A DNA stretch of 64,000 bases. Origin: Burkholderiales bacterium (lineage in GTDB: Bacteria > Pseudomonadota > Gammaproteobacteria > Burkholderiales > UBA11063). A program made the translations under genes and the position numbers. The stretch is taken from positions 7,418 to 71,417 of the forward strand of contig JAQUVM010000002.1 of assembly GCA_028693355.1 (NCBI GenBank). Direction: 5' to 3'. Every line of letters begins with the position of its first letter. The first letter of the stretch is position 1. Below are positions 12,181 through 22,084 of the stretch, piece by piece. The notes beneath the pieces were generated by a model. The model had not been told where the DNA came from. It did no database searches and saw only the letters and a program-made list of their open reading frames with translations.

Positions 12181-13264
12181 ATTTAGGAAGTTTATTAATT
12201 ATATATTAAACTTTGATTACCTCTTAATCTGTTTCATATTGATCTTATTTGTTTGTAATATTTTTACTCAATATTCCGCAAATGATCAGTTTATGGATCG
12301 CATATATAATGATATAGCATATCTTGGCATTTCATTTGTAATCATGCTGATTATTGCAAATATTAAGATAAGTAAAATCAGGTCAATGGCTATACCTTTA
12401 TATATTATTTCATTAATTTTAATTGCTCTTGTGTTAGTAATGGGTGTTAAGGTCAATGGCGCTAGACGTTGGTTAAATATAGGCATTCGTATTCAACCTT
12501 CTGAGTTATGTAAAATATCTGTTCCTTTATTGGTGGCATATGTATTGTCTATTAAAAATACTGTTTTAGGTTACAAAGATTATTTCGTTGGTTTTATAAT
12601 TATTGCAATACCATTTTTAATGATAGCTAAGCAGCCTGATTTAGGTACTGGAATATTAGTTTTTTTATCTGGTTTTTTTATATTATTTATTGCAGGACTA
12701 CCATGGAAAGTTATTATATATAGTATTATTTCTTTAATAGTTGCAAGTCCACTAGCATGGAAGTTTTTATTACATGACTATCAAAAGCATAGAATTTTGA
12801 CTTTAATAGATCCACAATCAGATCCTCTTGGGAAGGGATATCATATTATTCAAGGCATTATTGCCATTGGTGCTGGTGGGCTTTTCGGGAAAGGTTATTT
12901 GCACGGTACGCAGGTTCATTTAAACTTTATTCCTGAAAAACATACTGATTTTGTGATTACAGTTATTGCTGAAGAGTTTGGTTATATAGGCGTTGCATGT
13001 ATATTAACATTATATTTATTGATTGCTCTTAGAGGGCTTAGGATCATGCGTCTAGCTGATGGGATATTTGCTAAGACTCTGGCTGGAAGTATAACACTAT
13101 CTTTTATTTCATATGTATTAATTAATATGGGTATGGTAGGTGGCATATTTCCAGTTGTTGGTGTACCATTACCTTTAATTAGTTATGGTGGAACGGCAAC
13201 CATCGTACTTATGGTTGGTTTTGGAATTTTACTGTCTATAGATCGTAAACGCCGCTACTCATAA
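12158..13264 (+). CDS. rodA: Rod shape-determining SEDS protein RodA
   Basis: GARRWL; IQPSELCK; KQPDLGT; FIPEKHTDF; LPLISYGG. Confidence 0.97.
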   Translation: MSNLTPSKFRKFINYILNFDYLLICFILILFVCNIFTQYSANDQFMDRIYNDIAYLGISFVIMLIIANIKISKIRSMAIPLYIISLILIALVLVMGVKVNGARRWLNIGIRIQPSELCKISVPLLVAYVLSIKNTVLGYKDYFVGFIIIAIPFLMIAKQPDLGTGILVFLSGFFILFIAGLPWKVIIYSIISLIVASPLAWKFLLHDYQKHRILTLIDPQSDPLGKGYHIIQGIIAIGAGGLFGKGYLHGTQVHLNFIPEKHTDFVITVIAEEFGYIGVACILTLYLLIALRGLRIMRLADGIFAKTLAGSITLSFISYVLINMGMVGGIFPVVGVPLPLISYGGTATIVLMVGFGILLSIDRKRRYS

Positions 13265-13389
13265 TGCTCTTAGACTTTACTTCATATACTTTGTCGTCAT
13301 TCAAAAATTGCTTCTTATGTACAATTTGTACATGTAGGCGCAATTTTTATCATGACTTCGTGTCTATGAAGAAAATTCGTTGAGCATTA
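13262..13389. repeat. Multi-stem palindromic element, copy A (128 bp)
   Basis: Nested stems taatgctc/gagcatta, cttcata/tatgaag, gtcat/atgac, aaaaattgc/gcaattttt, tgtac/gtaca; left end is the rodA TAA. Confidence 0.85.
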
Positions 13390-13430
13390 GTTTCTGTATT
13401 AAGTATTTATCATTAATTGATAGATAATTA

Positions 13431-14270
13431 CTAACTTAAATCAGAGAATGTTTTCATGGCTAATTGTAAGTCATTCCATGCCTCACGTTTAGCATCTGGA
13501 GTTCTCAGTAAATATGATGGGTGATATGTTGCAATAGTTGGTATTTCATTGTTAAATTTATGTATAGTTCCACGCAATTTACCAACTGCATTTGTGGTTG
13601 ATAAAATAGTTTGAATAGCAAATCTGCCAAGCAGAATAATGACTTTTGGTTGAATGAGTTCAATCTGGTTTAATATGTAATTTTTACATAGTTCAATTTC
13701 TTGTGTAACTGGATTTCTATTTTGTGGTGGGCGGCATTTAATTATATTGGCTATATAGACATCAGTTTCCGGATTTAATTTCATAGCACGTATCATTTTA
13801 TCTAATAATTGTCCAGATGCACCAACAAATGGCTTACCCTGTATATCCTCTTGTTCTCCAGGAGCTTCGCCAATAAACATCCATTTAGCATTACGGCTGC
13901 CACGTTCTATAACTACATTTTTTCTATCATGGCATAAGTCACAATCATGACAATTTTTGGCTTGATATTCTAGTTCTTCCCAAGTTAATTTTGATGATGA
14001 TTTTTGTGTATGTTGTACCACCATCTTATTTATTTGTACGACATGATCTTTTACAGCTTCTACTGATTCATGATTAATAAGTTTAGCTGGTTGATTTGTA
14101 GCAATTACTTTAATAGTGTCCAAAGTATTATTTAATGTCTTGCTTTCACTGTGATTTAATGTGCTTAGATTATCATAGTCTATCTGTAGATTAATTGAGT
14201 CTTTTAATTCAGATAGTTTATTTTTATCAGGAATCCATAATGTTTTAAATAGTAAATCAACAGTTTTCAT
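13431..14270 (-). CDS. udg: Uracil-DNA glycosylase family 4 (4Fe-4S)
   Basis: CHDCDLC; FIGEAPGEQED; PFVGASGQLL; IKCRPPQNRNP; TYHPSYLLR. Confidence 0.93.
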   Translation of the reverse strand: MKTVDLLFKTLWIPDKNKLSELKDSINLQIDYDNLSTLNHSESKTLNNTLDTIKVIATNQPAKLINHESVEAVKDHVVQINKMVVQHTQKSSSKLTWEELEYQAKNCHDCDLCHDRKNVVIERGSRNAKWMFIGEAPGEQEDIQGKPFVGASGQLLDKMIRAMKLNPETDVYIANIIKCRPPQNRNPVTQEIELCKNYILNQIELIQPKVIILLGRFAIQTILSTTNAVGKLRGTIHKFNNEIPTIATYHPSYLLRTPDAKREAWNDLQLAMKTFSDLS

Positions 14271-14725
14271 GATAAATCAAAACCTATTAAAGTTTTTGCC
14301 ATTAAAATAGCATCAATACTTTTACCTTCTACACGATAATAATTCTTACGCTTACCAATTATATTGAATCCTAACTTGTGATATAAATTAATTGCATTTG
14401 TATTGCCTACCATAACCTCAAGAAATATTTGTGTGGCTTTTTGAGCTATAACTAAATTACATACGTGATTTAATAATTGATATCCATACCCATTACCTTG
14501 AGACTCTTTTTCTATAACGATTTGTAAAATTTCTGCTTCATCTATAACTAAGCTATATGCACATATGCCAATTAATTTATTATTTATACTGTAGCCAACA
14601 AAATAATGATGCGGGTTTTTAAATGATTCTTCATAATCATGTAATGACCAAGGGGTTTTATTTGATTCTTTGTCAATATTTACAATTATATTTATTTCAT
14701 CTTTAGTTAAGTAATGGAAATTCAT
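14267..14725 (-). CDS. rimI: Ribosomal protein S18 alanine N-acetyltransferase
   Basis: GNAT fold: EAEIL, QGNGYG, FLEV, AINLY..GF, RKNYY; between tsaB and udg. Confidence 0.9.
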   Translation of the reverse strand: MNFHYLTKDEINIIVNIDKESNKTPWSLHDYEESFKNPHHYFVGYSINNKLIGICAYSLVIDEAEILQIVIEKESQGNGYGYQLLNHVCNLVIAQKATQIFLEVMVGNTNAINLYHKLGFNIIGKRKNYYRVEGKSIDAILMAKTLIGFDLS

Positions 14726-15411
14726 TTTTGCTTATTCAATAATTGTTCTTCGAGACTTAGAGCAACCTTATCTCTTAAATAGAGTAATTCTGCTTCTTGA
14801 GTCTTACATGGTGTAATTAACCCAGTATTAATTATTTTAAATAAAGTATCAGCAGTTGGATATCCGCTTTCTAAGTATGTAATTTGATCGAATAAATCTG
14901 GTTTAATATTTTGTTTATATAGATTCCATCCATTACCAATAACGACGCTATTATTGGAATATGATGTAATTGTTTCATTTATTTGCGCTGGATTAATTAA
15001 TATTGGATTAACAGCATAGCATAGTAATTGTTTATCAAAAATAGCAATATATAGTTGCCCAAGTTTAGCATCTAATGCAATGATATTATAACGATGAGAC
15101 GTACTAATACTATAAGCATATATTTGAAACATATGAATAGGGTATAACTGGCAGTTAATAGAGTAACTTAATGCTAATGAAGTGCTAAGTCCTATTCTTA
15201 GGCCTGTAAATCCACCAGGTCCTGCATTATAAGCAATTGCAGATATATCATTTATACCAATGTTTGCCTCGATTAGCAAATTATGAATGGTGGGCAAAAT
15301 AAATTCTGACTGTTTATTGCCAATCTTATTTTGGTATTTATATATTTTATCTGTAGTTTGTATTGCTAATGATAAATATTCATTGGCGGTATCAATTGCT
15401 AAAATATTCAT
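14722..15411 (-). CDS. tsaB: tRNA t6A modification protein TsaB (start probably ATG 15411)
   Basis: MNILAIDTA; AYNAGPGGFTGLRIG; LDAKLGQLY; ELLYLR. Confidence 0.92.
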   Translation of the reverse strand: MNILAIDTANEYLSLAIQTTDKIYKYQNKIGNKQSEFILPTIHNLLIEANIGINDISAIAYNAGPGGFTGLRIGLSTSLALSYSINCQLYPIHMFQIYAYSISTSHRYNIIALDAKLGQLYIAIFDKQLLCYAVNPILINPAQINETITSYSNNSVVIGNGWNLYKQNIKPDLFDQITYLESGYPTADTLFKIINTGLITPCKTQEAELLYLRDKVALSLEEQLLNKQK

Positions 15412-15497
15412 TACTTTTATTACTCTTTGTCTTTCGAATGTATCGGTTGTCATACTTCAAAAATATTTTTCATGGACTTATATCTGTATGTATTGTA

Positions 15498-16412
15498 CTA
15501 CAGGCGCTCACCTAACATATCAAGCATTGCTAATTCAGGTTCTGGATTTAGCGTAAATACTTGTATAGAGCTGGATTTTTTATGTAGTTTTGTCGTATTA
15601 CTTTTGTTTGGTTTATTACTAATGCTTATACCAATCCACTCGAGATGTTTACAGATCTGCTCACGTAGATTAGCATTATTATATGTTTCATTACCACTAA
15701 ATATTAAAATATCTAGTCCGCCAATTTCAATAGCCGCGTTACAAACTTTATTAGCAATTACTTTACTAGATATTAATTGTTCTGATACATATGGAATTAA
15801 CTCAAAAGAGTAATTAATCAGGTTTTTTATGCCAGTTATAAAATGTGCAGATTTGTCCGTATGGATTATTATCACTTTTGCTTTAGTAGTTTTTTTGGTG
15901 GTAATGTCACTGAGTTTATGAGTTATACTTTTAAAGTTTAAGCATTTGCTACTAATTAGTGAATTATTTTTATCATTGAAACTATCATCAAAACAAGCAT
16001 AATGTTTAGTATTACTAAAAAATGTAACTAATTTATGAGATAAAGATAACTCGTTATTTTGAGTTAATGAATTATATATTTGACCAAGTTTATTAATAGA
16101 GTCATCATTTATTCGGCTAATTTCGCCAAATTCACGATATCCATTGCTAATTTTATGTAATATTATATCAGGAGTATTAATTAGATCTGCTATATGCGTA
16201 ACAATGATTTCATAATTCATGGTTTCTTGAAAATCTTGTTGTAATACTTTAGAAATGATGTTTTTTTTACCAATAATGCGTTTTGTTGCAATGAGGTTGT
16301 TTCTATCTTCATAAATATTATGAGTCTCTGTCAAAATAAACTTCTTACCATATACTTTATAAAGATTATAAGCTATATAATCATCATGATGGTAAATGCT
16401 TAAAACTATCAA
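15498..16412 (-). CDS. Degenerate acetate kinase-like (ASKHA fold) protein
   Basis: LHKISNG, YACFDDSF, GGLDILIFSG, LREQICKHLEWIGI and VFTLNPEPELAM resemble AckA segments; catalytic motifs eroded; 304 aa versus about 400; TTG start with AAGGA RBS. Confidence 0.7.
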   Translation of the reverse strand: MIVLSIYHHDDYIAYNLYKVYGKKFILTETHNIYEDRNNLIATKRIIGKKNIISKVLQQDFQETMNYEIIVTHIADLINTPDIILHKISNGYREFGEISRINDDSINKLGQIYNSLTQNNELSLSHKLVTFFSNTKHYACFDDSFNDKNNSLISSKCLNFKSITHKLSDITTKKTTKAKVIIIHTDKSAHFITGIKNLINYSFELIPYVSEQLISSKVIANKVCNAAIEIGGLDILIFSGNETYNNANLREQICKHLEWIGISISNKPNKSNTTKLHKKSSSIQVFTLNPEPELAMLDMLGERL

Positions 16413-16454
16413 AACTATTCCTTTTATAAAAAATCTGAATTGTATTGTATACTA

Positions 16455-16463
16455 ATTATAGCA
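16455..16463 (-). promoter_or_regulatory. Extended -10 promoter of the ackA-like gene
   Basis: TGCTATAAT on the minus strand, 42 bp upstream of the start. Confidence 0.55.
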
Positions 16464-16480
16464 TTTATTGCAACGCACCA

Positions 16481-17638
16481 TTACAAAAATGTCTCGAGTA
16501 GATTATTTAAAAAGTCTTTTCCTTTTGTTGTTGGAATAACACTATTGCCATCTAATAATATATAGCCAGTTTGCTGTGCTTGTAATAGCTGAGGAATAAT
16601 TTGACTAAATGCTTGACCCGTAGTTTCTGTAAAGAGTGTTGTTTTAAATCCACCTGTTAAGCGTAATGCATTCATCATAAATTCAAAGGGTAAATCTTTA
16701 GTAGCAATTTCATTACTTGTTTGTATGTGTTGTCCAGTTAGAATTGATTCCATATACTTAGCAGGATGTTTATGACGCATTTGGCGAATTATGCGATCAT
16801 GAAAGCTAATTTTTCCATGAGCTCCAGCACCAATTCCAAGGTAATCGCCAAACTCCCAATAGTTTAAGTTATGGCGAGCATTAAATCCTTTTTTGCAATA
16901 GGCAGATGTTTCGTAACGTTCATAGCCATTATTTTCTAATGTTTCAATAATTTCATCTTGCATTTGAAAGCAAATATCATCATCTGGAATACCTTTGGGA
17001 GTGCGTTTCGCAAATTCTGTATTTGGTTCAATAGTAAGATTATAGGCTGAAATATGCGTTGGTTGATAGTCAATAGCTCTTTGAATATCATATACAGCAT
17101 CTTCAATAGATTGATTGGGCAGACCATAAATAATATCTAAATTGAAGTTATCAAAGCAGTCTTTAACTTTTTTGATCGCTAAATCTGTTTCATGGCTATT
17201 ATGAATGCGACCAAGATTTTTAAGTTGTACATCATTGAATGATTGAACCCCAAGTGAAATGCGATTAACTCCTGCATCACGATACTCTGCAATATATTGT
17301 TGCTCAACTGTGCCAGGGTTTGCTTCCATAGTTATTTCTGTATATGGCGATAGATTATAAAGCATCCGTAGATTAGTTATTAGTCGATCAATAGCCTTAC
17401 CACTAAATAAACTTGGGGTGCCACCGCCAATAAATATAGTCTGGATTTGTCGCCCCCAGATTAGTGGGAGTGTTGATTCTGCATCACGAATCAGAGCATC
17501 AATATACTGCTCTTCTGGTATCTCATTATTTTTTGTAGCGTGTGAATTAAAATCACAATATGGACATTTTTTTACGCACCAAGGTATATGGATATATAAG
17601 CTAAGTGGTGGTAGTTGTGTTAGGTTTATATTCGGCAT
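16481..17638 (-). CDS. hemW: Radical SAM heme chaperone HemW (start probably ATG 17638)
   Basis: LYIHIPWCVKKCPYCDFNS (CxxxCxxC); IFIGGGTPS; EITMEANP; RISLGVQSF; GIGAGAHG. Confidence 0.93.
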   Translation of the reverse strand: MPNINLTQLPPLSLYIHIPWCVKKCPYCDFNSHATKNNEIPEEQYIDALIRDAESTLPLIWGRQIQTIFIGGGTPSLFSGKAIDRLITNLRMLYNLSPYTEITMEANPGTVEQQYIAEYRDAGVNRISLGVQSFNDVQLKNLGRIHNSHETDLAIKKVKDCFDNFNLDIIYGLPNQSIEDAVYDIQRAIDYQPTHISAYNLTIEPNTEFAKRTPKGIPDDDICFQMQDEIIETLENNGYERYETSAYCKKGFNARHNLNYWEFGDYLGIGAGAHGKISFHDRIIRQMRHKHPAKYMESILTGQHIQTSNEIATKDLPFEFMMNALRLTGGFKTTLFTETTGQAFSQIIPQLLQAQQTGYILLDGNSVIPTTKGKDFLNNLLETFL

Positions 17639-17940
17639 GTTTTCTTTGGTTTTATTCTTTCGATATTTAAAATTTAAGCAAAAATACAAATTATACGGTA
17701 ATATATTTTGAGCTTTTAATTATATCAGGTTTCTTTTTTTATATGGTCTTATGGTTAAATATATTTCTATGATGATGTTATAGTATTATTATCTTATCAG
17801 TTATTAACATTGTGCATGTTCTGATTAATATAGTGCTAAACTTACTAAAGTATTCTAAATTATTAGATTAGTATTATTATCTATGATGTTTATAATTTGT
17901 GATGTTCACAGCTAATACTGATATAAATAAGGAAATTGTT

Positions 17941-19224
17941 ATGGAAAAGAAAAAAGCTGTTATTGTTGGAGGTGGATTTGCGGGCTTGTCTGCAGCTTGG
18001 GAGTTACGTAATAGTAATTATCAGGTAACATTGCTAGATAAAAGAAATTTTAGCCTTTTTCAACCATTACTATATCAAGTTGCTACTACCAGTCTAACCG
18101 AAACAGATGTTTCTTTTACTTTACGAAATGCTATAACTGGAGCAAAAAACATCTCAATATTTAATGTTGAAGTTACAGATTTTAATCTTGAGAAGAAGCA
18201 GGTTATTGCAAATAAGGAGATTTTTGATTACGATACTTTAATAGTTAGTAGCGGTGTTACACATAATTATTTTGGTAATCAACACTGGGCAGAATTTGCT
18301 CCAGGATTAAAAACACTGGAAAATGCTCTTGAAATACGTAATAAAATTTTATTAGCATTTGAGAGAGCAGAATTAGAAAAAGATATTGAAAAGAAAAAAA
18401 CATTATTACGTTTTATTATTATTGGTGGTGGTGCAACTGGGGTTGAACTTGCAGGTTCTTTATGTGAATTAGCTCATAGTACATTACGCAATGAGTTTCA
18501 TAATTTTACTTCTAATGATATTGAAATAATTTTGATTGAAGGATCTGAAAGGATTTTATCAACCTATGATCCTTCATTATCAAAAAAAGCTCAATTACAA
18601 TTAGAAAAATTGGGTGCTAAAGTTATACCCCGTAGTAGGGTTATCGATATTCAAAATGATCTTGTAAGAATATCATCCGAGTTTGGAGAAAAAACCTTTT
18701 ATACTAATACGGTAATTTGGGCAGCTGGGATGAAAGCAACTGCAATTGCTTTTAAGATCGCTGAAAAAACAGCCGCAAAACAAGATGGTCAAGGTAGAGT
18801 TTTGGTTAATTCTGATTTAAGTATCCCTAATTATCCAGATATATTTGTTTTAGGTGATATTGCAAATGTAATAGATTTAAATAATCAACCACTTCCAGGC
18901 ATTGCTCCTGTAGCCATGCAAGAAGGGAAGTATATTGGAAAACTGCTAAAAAATAAAATTAATGGTATGAAAATGAAGCCTTTTAAATATAATGATAAAG
19001 GTAATATGGCAGTTATTGGTAAAAATGCTGCAGTTGCAGAGCTTAAATCATTTAAATTTTCTGGTTATCCAGCGTGGCTGCTATGGGTTGCTGTACATAT
19101 CTGGTATTTAGTTGGCTATGATAATAAATTAATGATAATGATAAAGTGGGCATGGACATATTGGACATCTAAGCGTAGTGGTAGATTAATTCTTCACGAA
19201 AAAGATAGCCATGCCGACTCATAA
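17941..19224 (+). CDS. ndh: Type II NADH:quinone oxidoreductase (start probably ATG 17941)
   Basis: VIVGGGFAG and IIGGGATGVELAG Rossmann motifs; FQPLLYQVAT; IFVLGD; APVAMQEG. Confidence 0.9.
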   Translation: MEKKKAVIVGGGFAGLSAAWELRNSNYQVTLLDKRNFSLFQPLLYQVATTSLTETDVSFTLRNAITGAKNISIFNVEVTDFNLEKKQVIANKEIFDYDTLIVSSGVTHNYFGNQHWAEFAPGLKTLENALEIRNKILLAFERAELEKDIEKKKTLLRFIIIGGGATGVELAGSLCELAHSTLRNEFHNFTSNDIEIILIEGSERILSTYDPSLSKKAQLQLEKLGAKVIPRSRVIDIQNDLVRISSEFGEKTFYTNTVIWAAGMKATAIAFKIAEKTAAKQDGQGRVLVNSDLSIPNYPDIFVLGDIANVIDLNNQPLPGIAPVAMQEGKYIGKLLKNKINGMKMKPFKYNDKGNMAVIGKNAAVAELKSFKFSGYPAWLLWVAVHIWYLVGYDNKLMIMIKWAWTYWTSKRSGRLILHEKDSHADS

Positions 19225-19232
19225 TTTTTAAT

Positions 19233-20156
19233 TTATAAGCGAAGAATTTCTGCGGATTCAATGATCGGCTTATCTAATTCTGGGTGCCATATTACGTAAC
19301 GAATTTCTTCGCTAGAATTTAGACCAACTACTTTATAGTTGCCATCTTTATCTATCGCGTGTATTGTAACTTCATCTAAATACCCAGTTTTTAAATCTGC
19401 TAAGTCTTGTGCCGCCTCATATACAGCATCAACTACACTTAAGCCCATTTTTAGATAAAGTACTACACTACGAGCAGTACCCGCTCGAATACTCATTTCA
19501 CCTGTATGTGTACATGCACATGCGCCATAGCGACTATCTGCGTAACTACCAGCACCGATGATTGGGCTATCACCTAGACGGCCTGGGTATTTCCATCCCC
19601 AACCAGAGGTGCTAGTTGCTGATGAAATACGCTTTTCATGATCTATACTCATATAGATAGTAGTATCAAACATTTTTTCAGGATCAATGGCTTCGCTTTT
19701 TATATCTAGAAGTCTAACATTAGGGAAATCTTCTTTTTGTTTTGAAGTTAGTGCATTATCTAAATGTTTATGCCAAGCATTTATAGATATTTCAGTTTCA
19801 TTTTTATTTGTGATTGCACCAATTTCATGGGCAAATCTTTCTGCTCCAACACCCACTAGCATTTCATGGTTGATGTCAGTCATAATTCGATAGGCTACTT
19901 CAACTGGATGTAAATAACCGCGGAGTGCACCAACAGAACCTGTGCGGCGTGTATTGCCATCCATAACTGACGCATCTAGTTGTAATTCACCTAAAATATT
20001 AGGCCATGAGCTCATACCTACTGTATGTATATCTGGATTTGCTTCAACAATTTTTATACCTTCAATAATAGAGCGTAGCCCATTTTCTTTTTTTGCTAAT
20101 AGTTGTGCAGATAGCTCTGTACCAGAGCGCCCCTCATAGTTTGCCAATAACAACAT
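19233..20156 (-). CDS. N4-(beta-N-acetylglucosaminyl)-L-asparaginase / type 2 asparaginase (Ntn hydrolase); start probably ATG 20156
   Basis: WPNILGELQLDASVMDG; D-T autoproteolysis site (FDTTI); ATSTSGWGWKYPGRLGDSPIIGAG; ACTHTGE. Confidence 0.88.
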   Translation of the reverse strand: MLLLANYEGRSGTELSAQLLAKKENGLRSIIEGIKIVEANPDIHTVGMSSWPNILGELQLDASVMDGNTRRTGSVGALRGYLHPVEVAYRIMTDINHEMLVGVGAERFAHEIGAITNKNETEISINAWHKHLDNALTSKQKEDFPNVRLLDIKSEAIDPEKMFDTTIYMSIDHEKRISSATSTSGWGWKYPGRLGDSPIIGAGSYADSRYGACACTHTGEMSIRAGTARSVVLYLKMGLSVVDAVYEAAQDLADLKTGYLDEVTIHAIDKDGNYKVVGLNSSEEIRYVIWHPELDKPIIESAEILRL

Positions 20157-20278
20157 ACTCTTTGTCTTTCTATCATGAACGTTGTCATACTTCAAAAAAT
20201 ATTCCTCATGTACTTAAGTGTACACATTGTCATATTTTTTATCAGTATTCCTAGTTCACAATAGAAATACTGCGAGTA
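20156..20278. repeat. Multi-stem palindromic element, copy B (123 bp)
   Basis: Stems tactc/gagta, tttctat/atagaaa, tgaac/gttca, atact/agtat, aaaaaatat/atatttttt, tgtac/gtaca. Confidence 0.85.
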
Positions 20279-20294
20279 CTTATTCTGTTTGTCT

Positions 20295-20422
20295 ATATAC
20301 TCTTCACCTTTGAGCTTTGTACTGTGTCATACTTCAAAAAATATTCCTCATGTACCAAGTGTACATGTCGTCATATTTTTTATCAGTACTCCTTGCTCAA
20401 AGCCCAAATATTTTGAGTATAT
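20295..20422. repeat. Multi-stem palindromic element, copy C (128 bp), tandem with B at about 142 bp period
   Basis: Stems atatactc/gagtatat, tttgagc/gctcaaa, tact/agta, aaaaaatat/atatttttt, atgtac/gtacat; core 20325-20393 nearly identical to 20183-20252. Confidence 0.9.
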
Positions 20423-20593
20423 TTTAATTTTAATATAATATTTTGATATTATTATAGCTAACTTCAGATTAAAGTGTACAATGAAATGAGCGACGACACC
20501 TATAAATAATAGGTTAGGAGCGAATAAGGCAGTACAGTTTAAAAATGAGTTAGTTATATCAATGTCTTTAAGCATAGTAAATGCAGTTGATGC

Positions 20594-22054
20594 TTATCCT
20601 TTACGGTCAATATTTTTTCTGATAATAAATAAAATTCCAGTAATGATAATACCAATAATTGAAACTTTTATAAACCCATTTTGATAAATTGATAGTTGTT
20701 GTTCAGTTGCTAAATGTTCAGTATTTTCAAAGCCAATTAGTTGTGCTAATAATCCTGCGGTCAGTCCAGCAAATGCATTTATCATCCACCATAACCCCAT
20801 CATTACTCCAGACATACTTTGTGGTGCATATTTTGTTACTAATGCTAAACCATTTGGGGAAATACATAGTTCTCCAAATCCTAAGAGTGTATAGCAAGCA
20901 AGTATCCAAAGTAAATTCATTTTACCCATATGTGATGCTTCGATAATTCCCAAAATGATAAAGACAAATGCAAGTGTTGCCATAGTTAAACCAATAGCAA
21001 ATTTACCAGCATAACCCGGCTCATGTTGGATTTTTTTGGTAAATCCCCAAAACCATGCAATAACTGGAGCTAATGTTATTAAAATTAATGAATAAAAGCT
21101 TGATATGCTAGAAGCTGGGATTTTCATTCCAAAATAATTGAGATCAACAACACGGTCAATGAAAATTGGTAAACTTGCTATTGTTTGATTTGATAATGTC
21201 CAGTAGCTAACTGAAAAAATTGATAAAACTAATATAATCCAGACTTTACTCCGCTCTTCAGTTGATAGTTTGCGCCATAATAAAACTATGTACCCACCCA
21301 AAATGATTAAGCAAATACCAGACACAATCGTAGATTGAATTGGATTAGCAAGTAAACTTGCAAAAACCACAGCTAGGATAAGTAAGCCTATATATACTAT
21401 ATAATCAAGTTTTATACCAGAAAATTTACTGTTGCGTAGTATAGTGTTTTCTATTTTGCAATTACTTGGGAAGTTTTTCATACCACGTTTAAATATAACT
21501 AGCCCCAATGTCATTCCAATAGCAGCTAAACCAAACCCTGCATGCCATGATATTTTTTCTGCGACAAACCCAACAGATAGAGGTGCAATGACGGCTCCAA
21601 TATTAATCCCCATATAATAGATGTTGAAGCCTTGTACGCGTTTATCTTCTTCGCTGTCAGTATATAATTTACCTACCATAATTGATACATTTGGTTTTAG
21701 TAATCCTGTACCTGTTGCGATAAATCCTAATCCAAGATAAAAAATCTTAAAGTCTATTACTGATAATGCTAAGCTTAGATGTCCAAGTAAAATAAAAATA
21801 CCACCCATAAAAGCAACTTTTGCATATCCATATATTCTATCAGCTAAAAATCCTGCTATGGTTGTTGCAAGATAAACGTATGTAACATAGCTACCAAATA
21901 TAATAAGTGCTAAATTTTCAGGTATATGAGCAGACTTAGTTAAAAATAATACTAAAACTGCATTTAAGCCATAGAAACTAAAACGTTCCCACATTTCAGT
22001 GAAGAATAATCTTTTTAGACTGCTTGGATGATTTCTCCACATTGTAAGTGACAT
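20594..22054 (-). CDS. POT/PTR family proton-dependent oligopeptide transporter
   Basis: LFFTEMWERFSFYG (ExxERF); GTGLLKPN; FNIYYMGINIG; FGELCISP. Confidence 0.95.
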   Translation of the reverse strand: MSLTMWRNHPSSLKRLFFTEMWERFSFYGLNAVLVLFLTKSAHIPENLALIIFGSYVTYVYLATTIAGFLADRIYGYAKVAFMGGIFILLGHLSLALSVIDFKIFYLGLGFIATGTGLLKPNVSIMVGKLYTDSEEDKRVQGFNIYYMGINIGAVIAPLSVGFVAEKISWHAGFGLAAIGMTLGLVIFKRGMKNFPSNCKIENTILRNSKFSGIKLDYIVYIGLLILAVVFASLLANPIQSTIVSGICLIILGGYIVLLWRKLSTEERSKVWIILVLSIFSVSYWTLSNQTIASLPIFIDRVVDLNYFGMKIPASSISSFYSLILITLAPVIAWFWGFTKKIQHEPGYAGKFAIGLTMATLAFVFIILGIIEASHMGKMNLLWILACYTLLGFGELCISPNGLALVTKYAPQSMSGVMMGLWWMINAFAGLTAGLLAQLIGFENTEHLATEQQLSIYQNGFIKVSIIGIIITGILFIIRKNIDRKG

Positions 22055-22084
22055 AATACAACCCTTAGATAATTAGAAAAGCAA

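Noticed and set aside
20157-20195. ORF-track N-terminal extension of the asparaginase (TTG at 20195)
   Set aside because: Lies inside repeat copy B; family similarity starts at MLLLAN (ATG 20156). An RPE-like in-frame contribution cannot be excluded without proteomics
20183-20393. Two ~70-bp direct repeats as a CRISPR array
   Set aside because: Only two units, far too long for CRISPR repeats, the intervening DNA pairs with the flanks as palindrome arms, and no cas genes
20348-20575. 75-aa minus-strand ORF
   Set aside because: Runs through AT-rich promoter DNA and repeat C, no recognisable motif
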